A stretch of 32,000 nucleotides of DNA from Hyperthermus butylicus DSM 5456. GTDB taxonomy: Archaea > Thermoproteota > Thermoprotei_A > Sulfolobales > Pyrodictiaceae. The notes below the pieces were generated by a model that saw only the letters and a program-made list of their open reading frames with translations, was not told the origin of the DNA and did no database searches. Below are positions 1-9,457 of this stretch, in pieces (the first letter of the stretch is position 1; the number at the start of each line of letters is the position of its first letter). Made by a program: the position numbers and the translations under genes. The stretch covers positions 810,001 through 842,000 of the forward strand of contig NC_008818.1 in NCBI RefSeq assembly GCF_000015145.1, in the 5' to 3' direction.

Positions 1-156
1 AGTTTTCTCCTTTGGAATATGGGCATCTCTTTTAGAGGCTCCTAGATACATCGCGGCGACGAGGACTAAACCTGCATCATCTACCTCGAGGCCACCAGCC
101 TTGTGGGCTTCGAGTAAGTGATCACCGTTTGTGTAGACGGTTAGTTGGTCCGACAC
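1..156 (-). CDS. hypothetical protein, N-terminal fragment running off the window start
   Basis: The frame is open from GTG (156-154) to position 1 and starts 2 nt after the thrB stop. It translates as MSDQLTVYTNGDHLLEAHKAGGLEVDDAGLVLVAAMYLGASKRDAHIPKEKT. It is absent from the ORF track because it is truncated. No family recognised. Confidence 0.3.
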   Translation of the reverse strand, partial: MSDQLTVYTNGDHLLEAHKAGGLEVDDAGLVLVAAMYLGASKRDAHIPKEKT

Positions 157-157
157 C

Positions 158-1107
158 CTATTCCAGCCTTGCACCATCATAGTCCACGTCTACGACTCTA
201 GCCTCCAGAGACCCCCAATACTTCTCTAGCACGGCTGAGACCCTTCTCATAACCTGGTCCTCCTCACCCTCCCTTACAACTGCGAAGAGGGTTGGTCCTG
301 CGCCGCTTATGTTGAATGCTAGCGCGCCTGACTGGAGAGCCTCCTTCTTGGCTTCCCAATAGCCTGGAATCAGCTTTGCCCGTGTCGCCTCAATTGGACC
401 TCCATAATTTATTGTCTTTATTGCTTCGTATGGATCTGCACCGCTGAGGCCGAGGGCTAATGCAACCGCCTTTTCTACCCATTCAACTGCATCGCTGTGC
501 TCTATAGTTTCTGGGAGAACCTCCCTCATAACTTGTGTTTTAGCCTTTCCAGGCAACAGTCTTAACACCATTGTCTTCGGGATAAAGAGGACTATTCTCA
601 TGCCTGGCGGTAGTCTTAGCCGTGCTATTCTCGGTTTTTTACGGTTTAGCAGAATGACCAAACCACCCAGTAGGCTGGCAGCAACGTTATCGTAGTGTGG
701 TGCACCCGCTGTCAGCGCCTCAGCAAGGCCAGCAAATCGTACTAGCTCTATCGGCTCGAGAGGACTACCAAGGAGCGCGTTGATAGCGTACACCGTGGCT
801 GCCGCTGTAGCACCACTACTCCCGAGACCCATGCCGGGCGGTATGCCCTTCTCAACAGTATACGTACATGAAGCTTCTCATCTAGATACTCTAGCAGTTT
901 GCGGGCTGCCACGTATGCCGTGTTAGACTCACCACTAGGTGCACCAACAGCTTCAACTTCAACTCTCGGCTCTGAAGATTGTCTCCCAACAACTTCAACG
1001 GTGACTGTGTCGTATGCATAGCTCACAGCAAGTGCTGCAAGGTCGAAGAGTACGCCTAGATTAGCAATGCTTGATGGTGCTTTAACTCTCACCCTGGATA
1101 CTGTCAT
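158..1107 (-). pseudogene. thrB: homoserine kinase (GHMP family), split by a 1-nt frameshift near 851-864
   Basis: ORF 748..1119 carries the N-terminus VRVKAPSSIANLGVLFD. ORF 158..832 carries the GHMP phosphate-binding motif, read as VEKGIPPGMGLGSSGATAAA once the upstream open part of that frame is included. The two frames join cleanly as HVRI-x-VEKGIPPG if one nt is restored. The likely start is ATG 1107. Confidence 0.8.
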
Positions 1108-1308
1108 TGCAGTGCACACCTATGGTATGCTAGGCCTTACTCGCTACCGGTAATTTGAACCTTTCTTATGGAGTTAGCCGGGAGACCATATAGAGCCAGA
1201 GCCACTGTAGGGCAATGATTGTAGATAGCATACTGCCCGTATGCTGACACGTGCTATCCTCATAAAAACATCTAGATAACCTATGCACCAGTGTAACCGG
1301 TGGCAGGC

Positions 1309-2502
1309 ATGAGTACAAGACGTGATAGCCGTGAAAAGGGCCCTACCACGAAGGTTATCCAGGCACTGTCTTCAGCTCTGGGCAGCGACCCCTATGCTCC
1401 AATAGTTACCCCGATATATCGTACCGCGCCATTCATGTTTCCTAGAGAAGATTCGCCAATGATACGTGGTAGGCCCTACAAGTACTCTAGGGAGGATAAC
1501 CCAACCATAGTTACCCTAGAGAAGGCTATTACGATTCTCGAGGAGGGCGAAGACACGCTTGTATTTAACACCGGGATGGCTGCAATCTCGACTCTATTAT
1601 TTGCATTACTTGGCCCTGGCGACCGTGTAGTAGCGACACGGGAAGCCTATGGATCGACACTACACCTCCTCAAGGAGCTGGAGAGGTGGGGCGTCAAAGT
1701 CGTCCTAGCAGGCCCGGACAGCGGGGATATCGCCTCCGAGGCTAGCAAGCCTGGAACGAAACTCGTGTTTGTCGAGACTATTACTAACCCACTTCTACAT
1801 GTTACGGATGTACCAGAGGTTGCCAAGGCTGCAAGAGAGTCGGGGGCCATACTCGTAGTGGACAATACTTTTGCAACGCCAATCCTCTTCCGGCCCCTAC
1901 GCCACGGAGCTACGCTTGTAGTACACAGTCTAACCAAGTACATGGCTGGCCACAACGATGTAATGGGTGGCTCGGTAACCGGGCCAGCCAGCATAGTGTC
2001 TGACAGGCTCTGGGAGTGGAGGAAGATCATGGGTACAACTATGGATCCCGAGCAGGCATTCCTCGTGGCGAGGGGCTTGAAAACACTTGAAATCCGGGTG
2101 AAGAGGCATTGCGAGAACGCGCTCAAAATAGCTGAGTTCCTAGCTGAACACCCCAAGATACGCGAAGTGTACTATCCCGGCCTGCCTGGCAACCCATCTC
2201 ACAGTGTTGCAAAACGCCTATTCCCATCCGGTATGTATGGCGGAGTTGTAAGCTTTAGAGTTAGGGGAGGAAGAAACGAGGTACTGAAGCTGATGAGGAG
2301 GCTCACACTAGTAAAGCCTTCACCAAGCCTTGGAGCTCCAGAGAGCCTACTAGCATACCCTGTTGAGAGTAGCCATTCATCACTATCGCCGGAGGAGAGG
2401 AAAGCTCTCGGGATAACGGAGGACCTTGTCAGGCTCAGTGTAGGCCTTGAAAACTATGAAGATATAATAGAGGACCTCGACCAGGCACTATCGGCGTTAT
2501 AG
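1309..2502 (+). CDS. PLP-dependent Cys/Met-metabolism enzyme (cystathionine gamma-synthase / beta-lyase / O-acylhomoserine sulfhydrylase family)
   Basis: 400-aa ORF with the PLP-lysine motif SLTKYMAGHNDVMGG and the family-typical NPT..LE and DNTFATP segments. ATG 1309 is preferred over GTG 1300. Confidence 0.8.
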   Translation: MSTRRDSREKGPTTKVIQALSSALGSDPYAPIVTPIYRTAPFMFPREDSPMIRGRPYKYSREDNPTIVTLEKAITILEEGEDTLVFNTGMAAISTLLFALLGPGDRVVATREAYGSTLHLLKELERWGVKVVLAGPDSGDIASEASKPGTKLVFVETITNPLLHVTDVPEVAKAARESGAILVVDNTFATPILFRPLRHGATLVVHSLTKYMAGHNDVMGGSVTGPASIVSDRLWEWRKIMGTTMDPEQAFLVARGLKTLEIRVKRHCENALKIAEFLAEHPKIREVYYPGLPGNPSHSVAKRLFPSGMYGGVVSFRVRGGRNEVLKLMRRLTLVKPSPSLGAPESLLAYPVESSHSSLSPEERKALGITEDLVRLSVGLENYEDIIEDLDQALSAL

Positions 2503-2522
2503 CTCGATCAATGTTTTACACA

Positions 2523-2539
2523 CTAGCCGGAGAGGCTAG
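2523..2539. terminator. inverted repeat CTAGCC-ggaga-GGCTAG between convergent genes
   Basis: Perfect 6-bp stem with a 5-nt loop, 21 nt after the stop of the + strand PLP enzyme. Its role as a terminator is inferred only. Confidence 0.25.
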
Positions 2540-2542
2540 CTC

Positions 2543-2558
2543 ACATACATACATACAT
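2543..2558. repeat. (ACAT)4 tetranucleotide microsatellite
   Basis: Read directly as acatacatacatacat, in the spacer between convergent genes. Confidence 0.9.
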
Positions 2559-2586
2559 CAAGCATTGTGTTTGGGGATTGTTAAAC

Positions 2587-3324
2587 CTAGGGCGTATCCA
2601 CCCCTAAAAACCTGTATAGTACTGGCTCCAGCCGTTTCCTAACCTCAAAGATGTGATAGCCGACTAGTATCTCCTTAGGCCACCTAGACGACTTCCTACG
2701 CGCCTCATCCCAGAGCCTCATATGCTTCCTCGGTAGGAATACCACTACCTCCCGGAGCCCCCTAGCAGTTAGGTTAAACATAACCTTCGCCAGTATGTCT
2801 GTCACTAAGCTGTGAAGCTTGGGGTTTTCGAGCACGATCTCCGGTGGGACTTCATAGCAGCAAGCAGGGTACTCCTCAGCCTTCTCGTATGGGACTAGGA
2901 CTAGGAGGTCGCTGAAGTATAGCCATTCTATGCCGCGTGGTTTGTTAGCCTTGCTGTCCCATAGGCCTAGACGGCGGAGGAGACCGCGAATACGTCTACT
3001 CACGGGGCTCTTGGTGTAAGGCTTGACATTACTGCAAGGTGTTACTATCGCAACGCTGCTCTGGGGCGTGTATTCCTCTCGGAGCCATGTCCACCACTTT
3101 GCTACTGCCGGGTGCTTGAATGCTTGAGGGCCGACAAGCTGTGGATCCAGAGGGGCTTCGTGGCGGGGCAAGAATCTCCCCTCACTGTCTTTACGGAAGC
3201 TTATCCTGCTAGGCCTAGCTGTCAAACTTATGCTTGGCTGATGCTGCAGACTATACTCTACTGCTGCCTCGGCCAAGACGACAACCCAGATAAGGTAATA
3301 CCCATGAAACCGTGTAAAAGCCAC
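2587..3324 (-). CDS. DUF5591 / ArcS N-terminal-like domain protein (tRNA archaeosine-pathway related)
   Basis: 245-aa ORF with the motif VTPCSNVKPYTKSP, which resembles the PCSxxKPY signature I associate with DUF5591/ArcS. The true start may be internal. Confidence 0.5.
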   Translation of the reverse strand: MAFTRFHGYYLIWVVVLAEAAVEYSLQHQPSISLTARPSRISFRKDSEGRFLPRHEAPLDPQLVGPQAFKHPAVAKWWTWLREEYTPQSSVAIVTPCSNVKPYTKSPVSRRIRGLLRRLGLWDSKANKPRGIEWLYFSDLLVLVPYEKAEEYPACCYEVPPEIVLENPKLHSLVTDILAKVMFNLTARGLREVVVFLPRKHMRLWDEARRKSSRWPKEILVGYHIFEVRKRLEPVLYRFLGVDTP

Positions 3325-3387
3325 GCGCCCCCACTCCAGAGCAGAGCGTCACCTCAGAGAACGAAGAGGTAGGAATGAAGGGGGAGC

Positions 3388-3468
3388 GGCGGACGGCTGA
3401 GCCACGCCAGGCCCGCTCATCAAGCCGCCAAGGGCGGCGGCTTTGCGGGCGGGCCCTGGAGTGCCGCC
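3388..3468. other. G+C-rich imperfect rod-like hairpin, candidate structured RNA
   Basis: Nested complementary segments: GGCGG 3388-3392 / CCGCC 3464-3468; CAC 3403-3405 / GTG 3461-3463; CCAG 3407-3410 / CTGG 3456-3459; CCCGC 3412-3416 / GCGGG 3445-3449; GCCGCC 3424-3429 / GGCGGC 3433-3438 (loop AAG). No ORF of 60 aa or more explains the core. Confidence 0.35.
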
Positions 3469-3695
3469 ATGATATGATTATTGTAGTGCTAGACTCCCTT
3501 ATGAGGATACTCCTAAGCGGGTTACGACTGGCTAGTCTACAGGGGCTGAGCTGACTCGTTGTCTAATTCTATGTTCGAATTGCAGGACCGGATTAGAATG
3601 GTATATGGTATAGGAGCCATTATTTGGACATAGTATTGTTCACTACGAATGACTGTTAATACCATTATTGTGTCTTGAAGGAGGGGGAGAGTGTG

Positions 3696-4344
3696 ATGCG
3701 TATAGTTGATCTTACTATGACGTTGAAGACTGGCGCGCCCGTGTTCCCGGGTGATCCACTGCCAATAGTGCGTACATGGACCACTATAAGGGAGCATGGC
3801 TACTACTCGAATCTACTAGTGTTTGGCGAGCATACGGGAACCCATGTTGACGCTCCAGCACACTTCATTGAGGATGCACCTACGGTCGATGAGGTGCCAA
3901 TAGAGAGGTTTATGGGCAGGGGCGTGGTAATCGATGCTTCTAGCCTTGATGGGAAGGCGCTAATTAACAAGGAGTTTATCGAGGCTGAGCTGAAGAAGCT
4001 TGGGGTTAATGTTGGGCCTGGCTGGGTGGTGTTATTTTACACTGGCCACGACGAGAAGGCTGGTAAGCCCGAGTGGTTCGAGCATCCCGGCCTTGACGAG
4101 TCCGGGGCAAGATACCTCGCAGAGAGGAACGTCAATGCCGTGGGTATTGATGCTCCTAGTATAGACCATGAACCGTTTCCTGGCCACAGAATCTTGTTGT
4201 CGAGGGGCATATTGATATATGAGAATCTTACGAACCTACGAGAGCTGCTCGGCAGGCCAGGCTTCCAGTTCATCGGGCTTGCCGCTGAAGATTCTGAGAG
4301 GCTCAGCGAGTCCGGTGCGCGCCATAGCGATACTTGAGGCATAA
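3696..4344 (+). CDS. cyclase-family protein (kynurenine formamidase-like), 3' end displaced by a 1-nt frameshift at the GGG run 4275-4277
   Basis: Contains the cyclase motif HTGTHVDAPAHF. The tracked frame ends ...FIGLAAEDSERLSESGARHSDT at 4337. The +1 frame from 4282 reads PLKILRGSASPVRAIAILEA, with a stop at 4342-4344, and matches the conserved family C-terminus. Confidence 0.8.
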
Positions 4345-4497
4345 GCCGGGAGGCCAGGCAATGTTGTGACCTCTAAGCTATAGAATCGGGAAAGAGCCTA
4401 TTCCGACGGGGGAGGCGCAGAGGAGGCGGGTAGGACCGCCCGGAAGGACTGTAAAAGATGCAAATGGGAATGATCCTTCCTAGATCACCCTATCGTT

Positions 4498-5082
4498 TTA
4501 GTATACGCCTATGCTGAATATTCTCTCCTCATCTGCTACTGCTGCTTCGCCGCGCGGCGCTAGAGATAGGAAGCCTAGGCTAGCAAAGACCGCGCCAGCA
4601 GCAGCAAATGCCTTCGCTATGGCGGGGGTGCCGCCTATCTTGTCTATCAGATTCTTGGCAGCCTCGTTAGCCCAGGACACACCACCCCAGTCTACGATGG
4701 CGCCACTGGCAGTCTTCGTGGCCTCGTTGACGCTGCTTGCTCCGGCCACAGCTAGGAGCCACGCGACAGCCATCAACACAGCCCCGATCTTGAGGGCGTT
4801 GTTGTTAAGCTTTATCCCCAGCATCCAGATAGCAGCAATCCCCATAACATGGTAGAGGAGCAGCAGTACGCCACCAGTACCCGCTAGGCCCTCTGCGCCA
4901 CTATAGTAGCCCGTCAGTATTCCCGCCACGCCGAGCAGGCCAATCAACCCTATACCGGCGAAGGTTGGCTTACGAGCCTCCGCGCCATAGGATAGCCAGC
5001 CAGCAGCCGTCAATACCGCCGAACCTGGACCCGCAAAGGGAGCGGATAGGTAGCCTATGCTGAGCAGTATCTTGGAGTACAC
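4498..5082 (-). CDS. hypothetical Gly/Ala-rich multi-pass membrane protein
   Basis: 194-aa ORF with a GTG start and several long hydrophobic segments. It lies directly downstream of the ABC ATPase on the same strand. No family recognised. Confidence 0.5.
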   Translation of the reverse strand: MYSKILLSIGYLSAPFAGPGSAVLTAAGWLSYGAEARKPTFAGIGLIGLLGVAGILTGYYSGAEGLAGTGGVLLLLYHVMGIAAIWMLGIKLNNNALKIGAVLMAVAWLLAVAGASSVNEATKTASGAIVDWGGVSWANEAAKNLIDKIGGTPAIAKAFAAAGAVFASLGFLSLAPRGEAAVADEERIFSIGVY

Positions 5083-5269
5083 GCCGGGCTCCCCAGCACC
5101 TAGATGATAGGCAAGACTGGGCCTAGCAGTCTAGGGGGCTAGTAACACCGCTACAACCCAAAGATGATGTGTATGGAGAACTCTAAGAGCGTGCTAGGCG
5201 TGGAAGAATATTTGGAGAGAAGAATTGAAATACTGTTGAGGCTATCCTGTGCGGAAAACGGTTTGGCAG

Positions 5270-6361
<1,092 letters not shown>

Positions 6362-6386
6362 ACCCAGCCCTCACCCCTCACGCCTC

Positions 6387-7944
6387 CTACCTCCTCTTCA
6401 GCCTGGGCTCGACAACTGTCTCGAGGGCTAGGCCTAGGAGTACGAAGGCTAGCGAGGTAATGCCTATCAGTATGCCTGGTGGCAGTATCCACCACCAAAT
6501 TCCATAGCTACCTCCAGAGCCTATGTAGGCGCGTGCATCGGCTAGTATGCTACCCCATGTTGGTAGGCCGTGCTGTATGCCTAGCACACTGAGACCTGCC
6601 TCTGTCAAGATGGCGTTTGGCACCGAGAACACCAGCGTTGCCATAGCATATGGCACTATCTGTGGTATAATATGACGGAATATTATCCTCACGTTGGAGG
6701 CGCCTATCGCCCCTGGCAGCATCTATGTATGGCTCGGCCTTAATGCTAAGCGTCATGGAGCGCACTATGATTGCTAGGCCTCCCCAGCCCAGCACCACTA
6801 GGACGCCGATGATTACAAACAGCCTATACCACGGACTAACATCCATCGCTTGCAGCGCTACACCGATGAGCACTAGGATTGGTAGGAGTGGAATATTACC
6901 GATAACGTCCACTGTACGCTGTATAAGCTCGTCAACCCAGCCGCCATAGTAGCCGCTAACCACGCCCGCTATAAGGCCTATAATCACGCTAGATACGGCA
7001 GCAAAGAAGCCTATTAGCAGTGCTACAGGGAAGCCGTAGAGCAGGCCTAGGTATAGGTCGCGGCCCTTGTCATCGGTACCCATGTAGCCGTAGGCGGAGC
7101 CCTGCACTATTATCTCCAGCTCCTGTACACCAAGCCTATTCTGCTCTATCTGCTCCATGAGGGTTTGCATCCGCACGCCTGGAGCAGAGTACAGCAATAC
7201 AACGGTTATCTTATAGGTGCCCTGTAACGGTTCGACCGCACCGTTGACCATGCGGCCAAATAGCAGCTTAATAGCCATACCTTGCGCCCGCTCCCTGGTA
7301 AGGTTTTGCTCGCTGAAGATGCTGACAAACTGGTCAGCAAGTATATTAGCGTCATAACGCTCCACACCGCGCTCAGCTAGAGCCTTCACCGTCACCGTCT
7401 GTGGCCTATTGACGAGCACCGTTATGCCATCGGGCCGTGTGACGAATACGTACGGCGTTACATGTAGAGCCCTGCCACTAACGTTACCAGGATTAATCAC
7501 AAGGTATTTTATCAGCAGCCCCTTCGGAAACTGGGGCTCCTTAAGCTCGTATGTAAGAGTATAATTCTGCACATAGCCTGCACGCAGTATCGTCGTACCA
7601 GTGCCTGGCAGCGTAAAGTTCAGTATGCTGATACCGCTAGCCGTGGGCGAGTCATAGACCTTGGCTACGTGGGGAGCCGTCGGGGCACCGAATACGCTAA
7701 CCCAGGCAGGCTCTGCTAGCTCGGGATTACCCTCCCAGTACTTCATGTTGTAGGTCCACTTGTCGACGAAGTCTGGAGGCATTGTTGTAATAGCGTATAC
7801 TGATATGACAACAAGCGCTACAACCAATATTATTCCAAGCTTGCCCATAGTCTGGCTCCAGACTTCCTTAAGCACCTCCCTTACGCCACGGAGTCTTTCA
7901 GACCAGGTTCTCCGGAGGGCCATCTCCGCACCACGAGTACCCAT
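6387..7944 (-). pseudogene. Opp/Dpp-type ABC permease (OppC-like), split by a 1-nt frameshift at the CCCC run 6710-6713
   Basis: ORF 6550..7962 goes off-family after ...EPYIDAAR. ORF 6387..6722 continues with GAIGASNVRIIFRHIIPQIVPY. Removing one G from AGGGG restores YIDAARAIGASNVRII. The start is uncertain (ATG 7944 or 7923). Confidence 0.8.
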
Positions 7945-7990
7945 CCTACGAGCCACGCCCACGTCACCCCCGGAGGCACATGTTTCGGGG

Positions 7991-9076
7991 CTAGTATCTC
8001 ACCCTCGGGTCTAACGCGACGTAGAGAACTTCTAGTATGAACCTAGCAACTATGTAGACAACCGTTGTTATGTAGACGAGGCCTATTATTGTGGGTGCAT
8101 CGCCGCTCGAGATAGCCGCGTAGTATAGCGAGCCCATGCCCGGCCAGTTGAACACCGACTCCGTGATGATGAAGCCACCAATGCTAGTCGCAAGTGATAG
8201 TATGACAATGGTTGCTACTGGGCCCGCAATAACCCTTAGTATGTAGCGGCGTATCACCAGCCTCTCCGGCAGCCCCTTAGCCCTAGCCACAGCCACGTAG
8301 TCCTCACCTACAACACGCAGAGCTATAGCACGCACGCCGTAGAGCCAACCGCCAAGCAACGCTATGACAACGGTGGTTATTGGCAGCCAGGAGTAGTAGA
8401 GAAGCCCCTTTAGTGCACCCACCGGGTCCTCGGTGAAACTATTAATGTACTTTATAACACCATGATAGTTTGTCGGCGCTATACGCAAGTGGTAGCCAAA
8501 GATGAAGATGAACAGTATGCCAAGCCACCACACTGGCAACGCATTCATGAGCGCTGCATAACTGATAGCAGCCCTGTCAAGAAGGCTCCCACGTCTGTAG
8601 GCTATGAGAGGTGCTAGCCACAAAGCAATAATTGTACAGATAATCTCGGCAATAGTCAACATAACCACTGTACGCGGCAGCGTTATCAGTATAGCATCCT
8701 TAACCTTTAGCGGCAGCTGCTCACCAACAATGTTTGCAACCTCCTCGCTCTTCACATACCCCAAATCAAGTATCAGCGCCCTCACAGCCATGGGGACAAC
8801 ACGCTGAGTCCAGGGCTTATCAAGTCCATAAATTTGGACCAGCTCTTGTCTGCGTTGCTCAACGAGCTTCTGAATATCTGCTGTAGGAATATTCTGCTGC
8901 ACCAGCTGCTGCCTATACGCTTGCAGCTCAGTCTCAACAATAGCCTGCAGAATCTTCTTATCATAGCCCGTAGCACCGATAATCACCGCCGTCGCCAACA
9001 TTATTACGACTAGGGCTATTGTTAGTAGAACAGCACGGCGAACGAGAACACTAATAATCCTAGACGTTGACGACAA
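7991..9076 (-). CDS. Opp/Dpp-type ABC permease (OppB-like)
   Basis: 361-aa polytopic ORF with a BPD-transporter-like segment VAVARAKGLPERLVIRRYILR. The apparent start is TTG. Confidence 0.85.
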   Translation of the reverse strand: MSSTSRIISVLVRRAVLLTIALVVIMLATAVIIGATGYDKKILQAIVETELQAYRQQLVQQNIPTADIQKLVEQRRQELVQIYGLDKPWTQRVVPMAVRALILDLGYVKSEEVANIVGEQLPLKVKDAILITLPRTVVMLTIAEIICTIIALWLAPLIAYRRGSLLDRAAISYAALMNALPVWWLGILFIFIFGYHLRIAPTNYHGVIKYINSFTEDPVGALKGLLYYSWLPITTVVIALLGGWLYGVRAIALRVVGEDYVAVARAKGLPERLVIRRYILRVIAGPVATIVILSLATSIGGFIITESVFNWPGMGSLYYAAISSGDAPTIIGLVYITTVVYIVARFILEVLYVALDPRVRY

Positions 9077-9244
9077 GAGCTAGCACCTCCCCCTATTGCC
9101 CTTAGTCCCAGCTACCATAGAACCCAGCTCGTGGGAATATAATTATAACTGCAACAGCCATGTTGATCAGGAAGAATACCGGGGAACAAGTATACAGAGA
9201 CCACCATCCAGGACCCCTAGAACCCGTACAACACTGAACACATG

Positions 9245-9304
9245 AGAGGTGAAGTCTCACCCTCTGTAGACGCTCCAAACAAACAAACCACGTCTTACAG
9301 AGGG
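9245..9304 (-). promoter_or_regulatory. two mutually exclusive hairpins in the spacer between the binding-protein and permease genes
   Basis: Hairpin 1: 9245-9252 pairs with 9257-9265 (8 bp, one bulge, loop AGTC). Hairpin 2: 9260-9272 pairs with 9291-9304 (13 bp, one bulge, 18-nt A/C-rich loop). They share 9260-9265. Confidence 0.35.
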
Positions 9305-9457
9305 GCTGACTTTTGATTTAACGAATTCCGGAATGGGGCTGAAGCGCTAGGAGAAGTTATGGAAGGAAAGACCGGTGAGGGTGTGCGAAAAATAATGTGT
9401 GGAACGTCTTGTGGGAAATAGTTGCTAATCATGCTGACGCCATGCTAGCGTTTATGC

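Noticed and set aside
1647-2156. 169-aa minus-strand ORF inside the PLP-enzyme gene. Similar antisense ORFs occur at 4037..4342, 4511..4855, 6060..6272, 6725..6949, 8604..8976, 9489..12449 (several), 14400..14910, 16222..16733, 17503..17995, 19374..20373, 21135..24458 (many), 25160..26237, 26819..27273 and 27824..29797.
   Set aside because: All lie antisense to or out of frame with strongly supported conserved genes. They have Ser/Arg/Pro/Cys-rich low-complexity translations typical of shadow ORFs in G+C-moderate DNA and carry no motifs.
3112-3797. ORFs 3112..3372 (+) and 3537..3797 (-)
   Set aside because: The first is antisense to the DUF5591 gene. The second overlaps the cyclase start and promoter. 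Neither has motifs or a plausible start context.
4439-4447. SRP RNA helix-8-like CCCGGAAGG. GCCAGGCCCG at 3406-3415 is a similar case.
   Set aside because: The flanking AGCA / GGCAGG-type conserved loops are missing, and neither locus has the ~300-nt extended helix expected of archaeal SRP RNA.
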